Positions 1-8,704 of a stretch of DNA of 64,000 bases are shown in pieces. A program made the position numbers and the translations under genes. The stretch spans positions 129,809 to 193,808 of the forward strand of contig CAWFDJ010000011.1 in the NCBI GenBank assembly GCA_963814495.1, written 5' to 3'. The DNA comes from an uncultured bacterium (GTDB lineage Bacteria > Actinomycetota > Geothermincolia > Geothermincolales > Geothermincolaceae). Under the pieces are notes generated by a model. That model was not told the origin of the DNA. It saw only the letters and a list, made by a program, of their open reading frames with translations, and ran no database searches. Every line of letters begins with the position of its first letter. The first letter of the stretch is position 1.

Positions 1-287
1 CCTCCAGCGCCACCCTGAGCGTCTCGGTGATAGTGCAGAACCAGGGCAACCGGAACGAGACCAGGGTCCCGGTCACCCTGACCCTCTACTCGGCCACCGA
101 CTCCACCCCGCGCCAGCTCACGCAGGAGGTCGACATCACCGCGGGCGAGCAGGTGGAGGTGACCTTCACCGGGCTCGCGCCCACCACGGGCGGCGTCCGC
201 AACGTCCTGGAGGTATTGGCGGGCCCCGTTCCCCGGGAGACCAACGCCGAGAACAACAAGAAGATCATCTATTTCGTGATGGAGTAA
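1..287 (+). CDS. 3' end of a surface protein, CARDB-like Ig-fold domain (5' end outside window)
   Basis: Frame is open from the window edge to TAA 285-287. The peptide VIVQNQGNRNETRVPVTLTLY...EQVEVTFTG...PRETNAENNKK fits the CARDB pattern (V.N.G....V.V, ending E.NE.NN). Confidence 0.5.
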   Translation, partial: SSATLSVSVIVQNQGNRNETRVPVTLTLYSATDSTPRQLTQEVDITAGEQVEVTFTGLAPTTGGVRNVLEVLAGPVPRETNAENNKKIIYFVME

Positions 288-297
288 ACGCCGCAGG

Positions 298-1918
298 ATG
301 GACCAGCGCATAATCGACCGGCTTGAGGAGAACCTGGACGACCTCAACTACCGCCATGCTCGAGGAGTTCCGCCGGGACACCCCCTTCTACCAGGGAGAT
401 GACGGAGGAAATAGAGAGGGACGTCAAGAAACAGATCTACCGCATCACCTCCAGCTTCGTCAGGTACCTGCACTACGGGGGGCGGGTCCCGAAGGACTTC
501 CTGCAGGCCCTGGGCCGCATCGCGGTGGCCCGGGAGCTCCAGGGCTTCGAGTTGAAGGACTTCATCGACGGCATCTACGCCGGCAAGCTCTTCGCGTGGA
601 ACTTCATCCGCGAGAACCTGGCCGGCGAGTGCAGCGAGAACGACCTGCTGGAGATGGCGGAGGCCATCGACCGGTTCTACCAGGAGATCATCTCCCCCCT
701 CGCGGGGACCTACCTCAACCACCAGAAGGAGAGCATCGCCGAGTTCAACCGCGCGCTCAACACCTTCCGGGCCATCCTGGACCGGGGCGAGCTGCAGGAG
801 AGGATAACCTCCACGGCCTGCCAGAGCATGGGCTTCGAGCGGGCCGTCTTCTTCGTCTACGAGCGGGAAGCCCTGCTCCCGGTCTCCGCCGTCTCCCTGC
901 GGGACGAGGTGTGGGCCGGGGCCTACCTGGAGCAGGCGCATTACTACCCGGTCTCCCCCTTCGGGCAGACCCTGGAGAGCAAGGCCTTCTTCCGCCCCGC
1001 CATCATCACGGCGGACCGTGGGCGAGTTCGGCGCCGGGGACTTCAGCCTGATCAAGCCCATGCCCGACGCCCCCTTCGCCCTGGTCCCCATCAACCCCTC
1101 CGGCTCGCCCAAGGGGCTGCTCTACCTGGAGATCCCGCCACGACCACCTGCGGGTGACCAACTGGGAGCTGGAACTGCTGCAGATCTACGCCGACACCGT
1201 GGGCCTGGCCCTGGAGAACTCCCGCCTCTACCGGGAGGTGGTGATGCGGGGCAGGGCGCTGGACCACCTGATGTCCCGGGTGAACACGGCCCACGAGGAG
1301 GAGCGGGCGCGCATCGCCCGGGAACTGCACGACTCCGTGGCCCAGTCCATGCTCAAGATCATCTACTCGGCCGGCTTCGCGCTGGACTTCATCAAGGAGG
1401 AGCCGCACCTGGCGGGAGAGGAGATGGAGGAGGTGCAGGACCAGGCCAAGGAATGCCTGCGGGAGCTGCGGGCCATCATCGGCAACCTGCGCCCCAGCTC
1501 GCTGGAGATCCTCGGCCTGCACGAGACCATCCGCCGCTACGCCGAGGACTTCGAGGAGGAGTACGCCATCAGCACCAACGTCGAGCTGGCCGGCCTGGAC
1601 AACCTGACCAAGGCGGCGGAACTGGCCATCTTCCGCGTCCTGCAGGAGGCCCTGACCAACGTCCGCAAGCACGCGCAGGCCGACGCGGTCCGCATCTCCA
1701 CGCTCGAGCAGGAGGGCCAGCTCGCCCTGACCATCGAGGACAACGGCCGGGGCTTCGACCTCGAGTCGGTGGAGGCGGAGCAGGAGCGGGGGCGCCACCT
1801 GGGCCTGCTGGCCATGCAGGAGCGGGCCGAGTTGATGGGCGGGGACTTTTCCGTACAATCTTCCAGGGGGCGTGGTACTATCATCAGTATCAGGCTGCCG
1901 TTGATATCAAAGGACTGA
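298..1918 (+). CDS. GAF-containing sensor histidine kinase, HisKA_3/NarL-partner type (frame broken about 4 times)
   Basis: Peptide continues across frames: MDQRIIDRLEENLDDLNY / AMLEEFRRDTPFYQ / MTEEIERDV...RPAIITAD / VGEFGAGDFSLIKP...GLLYLE / DPAHDHLRVTNWELELLQIYADTVGLALENSRLY. H-box is HEEERARIARELHDSVAQ. ATPase boxes are LQEALTNVRKHA, IEDNGRGF, GLLAMQERAELMGG. Breaks lie near 350, 395, 1017 and 1128. The ATG 298 start is tentative. Confidence 0.8.
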
Positions 1919-1920
1919 CC

Positions 1921-2631
1921 ATGGCCGAGAAAGCTTCGAAAAAGGGCATCAACGTGATGGTGGTGGACGACCACGAGGTGGTGCGCGAGGGCCTGGTGCG
2001 CATCCTGGAGAAGCAGGGGGGCATCCGCGTGGTGGCGGTGGCCCGGAGCGGGGAAGAGGCCCTCTCCAAGGTGGAGAAGTTCACCCCCGACGTGATCATC
2101 GTGGACATCCAGCTGCCGGGCATCAACGGCATCGAGGTCATCCGCCGCATCAAGAAGAGCCACCCGGAGATCGAGGCCATCACCCTCACCGTCTACGACG
2201 ACGAGGAGTTCGCCATGCAGGCCATCAAGGCGGGGGCCATCGGCTACGTCATCAAGGACGCGGCCAAGGAGGAGCTGGTCAAGGCGGTGCAGGCGGCGGC
2301 CGGCGGCGAGACCCTCATCTCCACCTCGGTGGCCCGCAAGCTGCTGGACGAGATGGGCTCGCCGGGCGCCCGCAAGCGCCAGAAGACGGAGGACGCCGCC
2401 GGCCTCTCCCAGCGGGAGACGGACGTGCTCAAGCTGATGGCCCGGGGCTACAACAACCGCCAGATAGCCGACCTGCTGTTCATCAGCGAGCTGACGGTGA
2501 AGGTGCACATCCGCAACATCTTCAAGAAGATCAAGGTGACCGACCGCACCAACGCCGTCCTCTACGCCATCGAAAAGGGCATCGTGCTCAAGGACAAGGC
2601 CCAGATCGAGCCCGACCGCCCCCCCGTCTGA
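1921..2631 (+). CDS. NarL/LuxR-family response regulator
   Basis: Intact 236-aa ORF with ATG two nt after the kinase stop. Receiver domain (VMVVDDHEVVREGL...DVIIVDIQLPGINGIE) plus LuxR helix-turn-helix (LSQRETDVLKLMARGYNNRQIADLLFISELTVKVHIRNIFKKI). Confidence 0.93.
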   Translation: MAEKASKKGINVMVVDDHEVVREGLVRILEKQGGIRVVAVARSGEEALSKVEKFTPDVIIVDIQLPGINGIEVIRRIKKSHPEIEAITLTVYDDEEFAMQAIKAGAIGYVIKDAAKEELVKAVQAAAGGETLISTSVARKLLDEMGSPGARKRQKTEDAAGLSQRETDVLKLMARGYNNRQIADLLFISELTVKVHIRNIFKKIKVTDRTNAVLYAIEKGIVLKDKAQIEPDRPPV

Positions 2632-2651
2632 CCGTGTGGTAGAATACCCCC

Positions 2652-3090
2652 ATGGACGAGCACCAGAGCAAGGCGCCGGACATCTACGGCGAGTTCCAGG
2701 ACATCCTTTCCCGGGGTTTCACCGGGGCCGTCTACCTGCCCTGGTTCAACCGCTCCACCCCTCCCTACGTCTTCCTCTCCGCCGGTGAGTCGCGCGCGTT
2801 GATCCGCGCGGTGGAACTGGAGAGCGGCTCCTACAGGTCGGCGCCCTTCCGGGGGAACGGCTATGCCTTCCGGCGGAGATCGGCCTTCCGGCTCACCTAC
2901 AGGTTCGAGGAAGGCCGCGACTTCTTCCTGGAGACGCGGGGCTGCGAGATGGCCAAGGAGGTCGCCGGCGAGCGAGGACTGGCTGGACGAACTGGCCCTC
3001 CTCTACCGCCACATCGGTTTCCTGCGGCTGGCCCCCATCGTGGACCTGGAGGAGGGGCCGGCGGACGGCGGCGGGGAGGACGGCGCGCCG
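2652..3090 (+). CDS. hypothetical protein (one frame break near 2965), reads without a stop into dut
   Basis: ATG 2652 gives [33 protein letters not shown]...[17 protein letters not shown]. The peptide then continues in the dut frame as [39 protein letters not shown]. No family recognised. Confidence 0.4.
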
Positions 3091-3516
3091 GTGCTGCGCA
3101 TCAAGCGGCTGGCCGACGGCCTTCCCCTGCCGGCTTACGCCCATCCGGGCGACGCCGGCATGGACCTGGCCAGCGCCGAGGACCTGACCATCGCGCCGGG
3201 GGGCTTCGCCATGGTCTCCGCCGGCTTCGCCATGGCCCTGCCGGAGGGTTACGCGGCCTTCGTCCAGCCCCGCTCGGGCCTGGCCGCCAAGCACGGCATC
3301 AGCATCGTCAACACCCCCGGGCTCATCGACTGCCACTACCGCGGCGAGGTGCGGGTCATCCTCATCAACCACGGCAAGGAGCCTTTCCGCGTCAGCCGGG
3401 GCGACCGCATCGCCCAGATGGTCATCCAGCGGGTGGAGGCGCCCCGGGTCGCGGTGGTGGAGGAACTGGACGACACCGCCCGCGGCGAGGGCGGCTTCGG
3501 CTCCACCGGCCGCTGA
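3091..3516 (+). CDS. dut: dUTP diphosphatase (dUTPase)
   Basis: [31 protein letters not shown]...[13 protein letters not shown]...[11 protein letters not shown]...GDRIAQMVI...[10 protein letters not shown] contains all five dUTPase motifs. GTG 3091 is preceded by GGGGAGGA at 3073-3080. The frame is also open upstream (see finding). Confidence 0.9.
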   Translation: MLRIKRLADGLPLPAYAHPGDAGMDLASAEDLTIAPGGFAMVSAGFAMALPEGYAAFVQPRSGLAAKHGISIVNTPGLIDCHYRGEVRVILINHGKEPFRVSRGDRIAQMVIQRVEAPRVAVVEELDDTARGEGGFGSTGR

Positions 3517-3524
3517 CGCGCACG

Positions 3525-3571
3525 GTCATCGCGAGCGGAGCGCCGGTCATCGCGAGCGCAGCGAAGCGATC
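3525..3571. repeat. REP-like element, two direct copies of GTCATCGCGAGCG.AGCG
   Basis: gtcatcgcgagcggagcg at 3525-3542 and gtcatcgcgagcgcagcgaagcgatc at 3546-3571, between convergent dut and the DUF45 gene. Related copies at 31399-31483 and 39711-39740. Confidence 0.7.
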
Positions 3572-3588
3572 TTCCACGGACCACCGGT

Positions 3589-4296
3589 TCACTCATCCAG
3601 CCAGGCGGGCACGTACTTCCAGGCCGCGCGGATCTCCTTTTTCCTGCGCGCGCAGTCGGGCTCGTGCAGCTCGAGCAGGCCCCAGAACTCCGGGGAATGG
3701 TTGGGGTGGACGGTGTGGCAGAGTTCGTGCAGCAGCACGTAGCGCACCAGTTCCTCCGGGAGGAACAGCAGCTTCAGGTTGAGGCTGACGTTGTTGGCGG
3801 TGGAGCAGCTCGCCCACCGGCTCCTCTGCGACCTGACGGAGACCCGGTTGCACGCGAAGCCGTTGGCCCCGGCCAGGTCCTCGAGCCACGGCACGATGTC
3901 ACGGCGGGCCTTGCGGCGGAGCCAGAGCCGGAGGGCGGCCTCGCACGCCCCGAGGTCCGTGGTCCGGCCGGAGACCCTCAGCCGGCACCCCGGCAGCTCC
4001 ACCGCGGTCACGCGGGGCGACTCCCCCGGCAGGTACTCGACGGCCCATTCCTCCCCCAGGCTCCGCAGGGCCAGGCTCGCCGGGGGGGCGCCGGGCGGCC
4101 CCGTCTCCGTGGACCGGCGCCGCTCCTCGAGCTCCTCGCCCTTGCGCTCGATCCAGCCGCGCTTCCGCTCGAGCATGGCCGGGATGAGGCCGCTGTCGAA
4201 CCCCGCCGGCACCACGACCACCATCCCGTCCCGCGCCGACATCCGGATGAGCACGCGTTTCGCCCGCGCGCTCTCCCTTACCGTGTATTCGAGCAC
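3589..4296 (-). CDS. YgjP/DUF45-family (M48-like) metal-dependent hydrolase
   Basis: HExxH motif in LLHELCHTVHPNHSPEFW. N-terminal VLEYTVRESARAKRVLIRMSARDGMVVVVP is typical of DUF45. GTG start at 4296; the longer ORF upstream of it is compositionally non-coding. Confidence 0.8.
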   Translation of the reverse strand: MLEYTVRESARAKRVLIRMSARDGMVVVVPAGFDSGLIPAMLERKRGWIERKGEELEERRRSTETGPPGAPPASLALRSLGEEWAVEYLPGESPRVTAVELPGCRLRVSGRTTDLGACEAALRLWLRRKARRDIVPWLEDLAGANGFACNRVSVRSQRSRWASCSTANNVSLNLKLLFLPEELVRYVLLHELCHTVHPNHSPEFWGLLELHEPDCARRKKEIRAAWKYVPAWLDE

Positions 4297-4301
4297 CCGG
4301 C

Positions 4302-5111
4302 TCAGCCGTCGAGCTCCAGGCAGACGGCGTGACGGCGCGGGTAGACGGTGGTGTGGCGCGAGCCGTCCAGGGAGGAGACCATGGAGACGGCGATGCTGTC
4401 CGGGTCCACCTCGATCAGGTTGAACCCGGGCGGGGTGTAGCCGCGGGTGCGCCGGGTGGAGGCGGTGCCCGAGGTCACCAGGTACATGCCGGCCACCGGC
4501 CAGGTCCAGGGCACGTGCTTGTGCCCCGAGAGCACCAGGTCCACCTCCAGCTCGTTCAGCAGGTGGAGCACGTCCCCCGCGTCCAGGACCACGTTGCGCT
4601 CGCGCCCCGTCCCCGGGATGGTCACCAGGTGGTGGTGGAGGACCACCACCTTGAAGGCCTCCTCGCCGGTGAACTCGCTGCGCAGGTAGTAATACTTCTG
4701 GCGCCCGATGTCCCCGTCGTCCAGGTCGGGTTTGTTGGAGTCGATGCACACCACCTTGACCTCGCCGTCCCCCCCGCCCGGGGCGGCGGCGGGGTGGCGG
4801 AAGGAGGCGCTGTGGGAGCGCAGGCCCACCAGTTCCTCGAAGTGGAGGAAGCCGACGTTGCGGCAGTCGTGGTTGCCGGCGATGATCAGCCGGCGGGGGC
4901 AGGCGAAGAGGCCCAGGTAGCCCATGGCCTCCTCGTACTCGTCCCGGTAGCCGGTGGCGGTGAGGTCCCCCGCGACGACGAAGAGGTCGGGGCGCTCCGC
5001 GTTGACCGTCTCGATGCAGGTCTGCATGAGGGCGCGGTCGAAGCGCGGGTCGCCGCAGTGGATGTCCGAGACCTGGGCGATGACTATCCTGTCCGGGTGC
5101 GCGCCGCTCAT
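4302..5111 (-). CDS. calcineurin-like metallophosphoesterase
   Basis: MSGAHPDRIVIAQVSDIHCGD..., VVAGDLTATG, IIAGNHD, VLHHH, LSGHKHV are the metallophosphoesterase motifs I-V. Intact 269 aa. Confidence 0.85.
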   Translation of the reverse strand: MSGAHPDRIVIAQVSDIHCGDPRFDRALMQTCIETVNAERPDLFVVAGDLTATGYRDEYEEAMGYLGLFACPRRLIIAGNHDCRNVGFLHFEELVGLRSHSASFRHPAAAPGGGDGEVKVVCIDSNKPDLDDGDIGRQKYYYLRSEFTGEEAFKVVVLHHHLVTIPGTGRERNVVLDAGDVLHLLNELEVDLVLSGHKHVPWTWPVAGMYLVTSGTASTRRTRGYTPPGFNLIEVDPDSIAVSMVSSLDGSRHTTVYPRRHAVCLELDG

Positions 5112-5213
5112 GACCACCTCCCCGTGCCGTCGGGCCGTCGTTCGCTCTCCCTTTAGTCTACCCGCTTTCGGCGGGACGGGACCAGCCCCGGGTGGTGTAA
5201 AGTATAGGGCGTC

Positions 5214-7190
5214 ATGGAGGAAGGAGTCATGGAGAAACGGAACGGATACGCGAAGGCCGGGTGGGCCGCGGCCGTGCTGGCCCTGGCCCTGTCCGCGATG
5301 CTCTGCCACCCTGCCCCGGCGCGGGCGGAGACCGTGCGCTACTGGGCCCACGACTCCGCCGGCGTCACCGCGCCCGCGGGCGGCTGGTACCTGGCGGAGG
5401 GCTGCACCGCCCCCGGCTTCGAGACCTGGGTGCTGGTGCAGAACCCGGGGGACACCCCCGCCGACGTCGACATGCGCCTGCAGTCGGGTGAGGGCGAGGT
5501 GCAGGGCCCCCGGGACACCGTGCCTCCCCGCTCCCGCCGCTCCTACGACCTGGGTGCCTTCATCGAGAGCTACGACGTCTCCACCTTCATCACCTCAAGC
5601 GCCCCGGTGGTGTGCGAGCGGGCCATGTACGGCAACGGCCGCACCTGGGCCCACGACTCCGCCGGCGTCACCGCGCCCGCGGGCGGCTGGTACCTGGCGG
5701 AGGGCTGCACCGCCCCCGGCTTCGAGACCTGGGTGCTGGTGCAGAACCCGGGGGACACCCCCGCCGACGTCGACATGCGCCTGCAGTCGGGTGAGGGCGA
5801 GGTGCAGGGCCCCCGGGACACCGTGCCTCCCCGCTCCCGCCGCTCCTACGACCTGGGTGCCTTCATCGAGAGCTACGACGTCTCCACCTTCATCACCGCA
5901 AGCGCCCCGGTGGTGTGCGAGCGGGCCATGTACGGCAACGGCCGCACCTGGGCCCACGACTCCGCCGGCGTCACCGCGCCCGCGGGCGGCTGGTACCTGG
6001 CGGAGGGCTGCACCGCCCCCGGCTTCGAGACCTGGGTGCTGGTGCAGAACCCGGGGGACACCCCCGCCGACGTCGACATGCGCCTGCAGTCGGGTGAGGG
6101 CGAGGTGCAGGGCCCCCGGGACACCGTGCCTCCCCGCTCCCGCCGCTCCTACGACCTGGGTGCCTTCATCGAGAGCTACGACGTCTCCACCTTCATCACC
6201 TCAAGCGCCCCGGTGGTGTGCGAGCGGGCCATGTACGGCAACGGCCGCACCTGGGCCCACGACTCCGCCGGCGTCACCGCGCCCGCGGGCGCCTGGTACC
6301 TGGCGGAGGGCTGCACCGCCCCCGGCTTCGAGACCTGGGTGCTGGTGCAGAACCCGGGGGACACCCCCGCCGACGTCGACATGCGCCTGCAGTCGGGTGA
6401 GGGCGAGGTGCAGGGCCCCCGGGACACCGTGCCTCCCCGCTCCCGCCGCTCCTACGACCTGGGTGCCTTCATCGAGAGCTACGACGTCTCCACCTTCATC
6501 ACCGCAAGCGCCCCGGTGGTGTGCGAGCGGGCCATGTACGGCCTGCGCGAGGCCCGCGTGGTCTGCCTGGACCCCGGCCACGCGGATACGCCCTACAACA
6601 TCGACCCGGACACCGGCCTGAACACCCGCGACTGGGCCAACCACCCGGAGATGGAGATGGTCTACGACATCGCCCTGCGCGCGCGGGCCGTCCTGGAGGC
6701 GAACGGGGTGACGGTGGTGCTGACCAAGCAGTCCGTCGACGACCCGGTGGACCTCAAGCAGCGGGCGGTCATCGCCAACCAGGCGGGAGCCGCCCTCATC
6801 CTGCACGTCCACACCGACCCGGGCATCGCCGGCGCCACCACCTTCTACCCGGGCCCGGAGCCCTACAACTGGAAGGCCAACTACGACACGGGCCGGACCG
6901 CTTACATCGACCCCGCGGTCCAGGCGGCCAGCGAGTACCAGGCTCCCCTGTTCCACCAGGCGATGTACGCGTGCCTGGCCGGCATGGCCTATACGCCCGA
7001 CGGGGGCACGGTGGTGGAGAACCGGGGGGCCACCGGCACCGGCAATTACGGCCCCATCTTCTCCTACGACATCTGGAGCCGCGTGCCTACCCTGACCCTG
7101 GAGAACAACCAGGCCTTCGCCGACGCGCACCGCCAGGAGGTGGCGGAAGCCATCGCCGCGGGCGTCCTGGCCTTCCTCGAGAACCAGTGA
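5214..7190 (+). CDS. secreted N-acetylmuramoyl-L-alanine amidase (Amidase_3-like) with four N-terminal ~101-aa repeat modules
   Basis: Signal peptide (GWAAAVLALALSAMLCHPAPARA), then 4x WAHDSAGVTAPAGGWYLAEGCTAPGFETWVLVQNPGD...VVCERAMYGNGRT. C-terminal catalytic region is VVCLDPGHADTP...MEMVYDIALRARAVLEANGVTVVLTKQS...DLKQRAVIANQAGAALILHVHTD...LENNQAFADAHRQEVAEAIAAGV. Intact 658 aa. Confidence 0.85.
   Translation: MEEGVMEKRNGYAKAGWAAAVLALALSAMLCHPAPARAETVRYWAHDSAGVTAPAGGWYLAEGCTAPGFETWVLVQNPGDTPADVDMRLQSGEGEVQGPRDTVPPRSRRSYDLGAFIESYDVSTFITSSAPVVCERAMYGNGRTWAHDSAGVTAPAGGWYLAEGCTAPGFETWVLVQNPGDTPADVDMRLQSGEGEVQGPRDTVPPRSRRSYDLGAFIESYDVSTFITASAPVVCERAMYGNGRTWAHDSAGVTAPAGGWYLAEGCTAPGFETWVLVQNPGDTPADVDMRLQSGEGEVQGPRDTVPPRSRRSYDLGAFIESYDVSTFITSSAPVVCERAMYGNGRTWAHDSAGVTAPAGAWYLAEGCTAPGFETWVLVQNPGDTPADVDMRLQSGEGEVQGPRDTVPPRSRRSYDLGAFIESYDVSTFITASAPVVCERAMYGLREARVVCLDPGHADTPYNIDPDTGLNTRDWANHPEMEMVYDIALRARAVLEANGVTVVLTKQSVDDPVDLKQRAVIANQAGAALILHVHTDPGIAGATTFYPGPEPYNWKANYDTGRTAYIDPAVQAASEYQAPLFHQAMYACLAGMAYTPDGGTVVENRGATGTGNYGPIFSYDIWSRVPTLTLENNQAFADAHRQEVAEAIAAGVLAFLENQ
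5341..6542 (+). repeat. in-frame tandem repeat, 303-bp unit x ~4, near-identical copies
   Basis: tgggcccacgactcc recurs at 5343, 5646, 5949 and 6252 (period 303 = 101 codons). By eye the only differences are tca/gca at the S/A codon (alternating 1,3 vs 2,4) and ggc to gcc in copy 4. Confidence 0.95.
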
Positions 7191-7212
7191 GTCTCGACTG
7201 TATACAGTTTGT

Positions 7213-7240
7213 TTGGCTCGCTGAGCAAATGGGGTATAAT
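7213..7240 (+). promoter_or_regulatory. sigma70-type promoter candidate (TTGGCT-16-TATAAT)
   Basis: TTGGCT 7213-7218, 16-nt spacer, TATAAT 7235-7240, about 65 nt upstream of ATG 7304. Confidence 0.5.
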
Positions 7241-7303
7241 AGATGCACGTCTCTAAGGATAACGTTTAGTTACAGGTTTGTCAAGGGAAAGGAGGAAGAG
7301 GGT

Positions 7304-7474
7304 ATGAGTTGCGGATCGAAGAAGTTGCACAAGGCCGAGAAGAAGATGGTGGGTATCGAGAAGAAGCAGTCCAAGCTGTCCAAGGTCATGGGCAAGCTGG
7401 ACAAGCAGGCCGCCAAGGCCGCCAAGGCCCTGGGCAAGCTGGAGAAGAAGGCCGCCAAGGAGCTGGAGGACTGA
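7304..7474 (+). CDS. small lysine-rich coiled-coil protein (56 aa), function unknown
   Basis: GGAGGA at 7291-7296, ATG 7304. Peptide MSCGSKKLHKAEKKMVGIEKKQSKLSKVMGKLDKQAAKAAKALGKLEKKAAKELED. Followed by a terminator. Confidence 0.55.
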   Translation: MSCGSKKLHKAEKKMVGIEKKQSKLSKVMGKLDKQAAKAAKALGKLEKKAAKELED

Positions 7475-7500
7475 TCCGGCGATAATCGAGAATGTCAGAA

Positions 7501-7526
7501 GGGCGGCCCCCGGGCCGCCCTTTTCG
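7501..7526. terminator. bidirectional intrinsic terminator hairpin
   Basis: gggcggcc-cccg-ggccgccc followed by ttttcg. On the other strand it is followed by ttct. It sits between convergent 7304-7474 (+) and pilT (-). Confidence 0.7.
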
Positions 7527-7551
7527 TTGCCTCGATACGGCGCGCCGCCGG

Positions 7552-8649
7552 CTACTTGCCCAGCAGGTGCTCCTCCACCTCCAGGCCCAGCTGCTTGAGG
7601 GCCAGGGTGAAGTCGTGGGGGTTGGTGGCCGCCGACACCGCGGTGTTGTAGTCGATGAGCCCGTAGCGGTACAGGTCGACCAGGGACTGGTCGAAGGTCT
7701 GCATGCCGTAGAAGTCGCCCTCGGTGAGGATCTCGCGCAGGGCCATGGTGGGCTCCTCGTTGATGAGCGCCTCGGCCAGGCGCCCGGTCATCACCAGGAT
7801 CTCGGTGGCCGGCACCCGCCCGCTGCGGTCCTTGAGCGGCAGCAGGCGCTGGGAGACGATGCCGCGGATGATGGAGGCCAGGGTCAGGCGGATCTGCTTC
7901 TGCTGCAGGGGCGGGAAGAAGTCGATGATGCGGTTGACCGTCTCGGTGGTGTCGATGGTGTGGAAGGAGGAGAGGACCAGGTGGCCGGTCATGGCCGTGT
8001 TCATGGCCGCCATGACCGTCTCGGGGTCGCGCATCTCGCCGATGAGGATGACGTCGGGGTCCTGCCGGGTGACGTACTTCAGCGCGTCGGCGTAGTTCTC
8101 GGTGTCCGTGCCGATCTCCCGCTGGTGCACGATGCTCTTCTTGTCCATGTGCAGGACCTCGATGGGGTCCTCGATGGTGATGATGTTCAGCTTCTTGTTG
8201 GTGTTGATGTAGTCGATGATGGCCGCCAGGGTGGTGGTCTTGCCCGAGCCGGCCGGGCCGGTCACCAGGATGAGGCCGCGCCCCTCCTCCGCCAGGCGCC
8301 GCAGGGCGGGCGGCAGGCCCAGCTCCTCGAAGCTGGGGATGGCCGTGGTCAGCACGCGGCGGATGGCGATGCCCACCGTGCCCCGCTGCTTGAAGATGTT
8401 GGCCCGGAAGCGGCCGAGGCCGGCGATGGAGTACGCGAAGTCCACCTCGTTCAGCTCGGCGAAACGCTTGGCCTGCTTCTCGTTCATCAGGGCGTAGGCG
8501 GCTTCCACCGTGTCCGTGGGGGAGAGGCGCTCGAAATCCGTCTTGAGCAGGTCCCCGTCCACCCGGATGAAGGCCGGGCTGCCCGCCTTGAGGTGCAGGT
8601 CGGAAGCCTGCTGCTCCACCGTATACTGCAGTAGCGTCTGGATGTCCAT
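7552..8649 (-). CDS. pilT: type IV pilus twitching-motility ATPase PilT
   Basis: Intact 365 aa. MDIQTLLQYTVEQQASDLHLKAGSPAFIRVDGDL, Walker A GPAGSGKTTTLAA, ILIGEMRDPET, and the AMTGHLVLSSFHT His-box. Confidence 0.92.
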   Translation of the reverse strand: MDIQTLLQYTVEQQASDLHLKAGSPAFIRVDGDLLKTDFERLSPTDTVEAAYALMNEKQAKRFAELNEVDFAYSIAGLGRFRANIFKQRGTVGIAIRRVLTTAIPSFEELGLPPALRRLAEEGRGLILVTGPAGSGKTTTLAAIIDYINTNKKLNIITIEDPIEVLHMDKKSIVHQREIGTDTENYADALKYVTRQDPDVILIGEMRDPETVMAAMNTAMTGHLVLSSFHTIDTTETVNRIIDFFPPLQQKQIRLTLASIIRGIVSQRLLPLKDRSGRVPATEILVMTGRLAEALINEEPTMALREILTEGDFYGMQTFDQSLVDLYRYGLIDYNTAVSAATNPHDFTLALKQLGLEVEEHLLGK

Positions 8650-8704
8650 CTTTCCTCCCCGGCCTCGCGCGATTTGATTTTTTATATCATATCATAAAAT
8701 GCGC

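Noticed and set aside
5341-6542. Possible CRISPR array (regular repeats). The same question applies to the short repeats at 3525-3571 and 31399-31483.
   Set aside because: The 303-bp units are contiguous with no spacers and lie in frame inside a gene. The short GTCATCGCGAG copies number only 2-3 per locus, have irregular spacing and mixed orientation, and no cas genes are present.
4954-6621. 555-aa plus-strand ORF with a striking proline-rich tandem-repeat protein sequence.
   Set aside because: It is the +1/+2 frame of the 303-bp nucleotide repeat. The amidase frame (5214-7190) has a signal peptide, a sensible repeat module and a recognisable catalytic domain, whereas this frame is low-complexity P/A/R/T.
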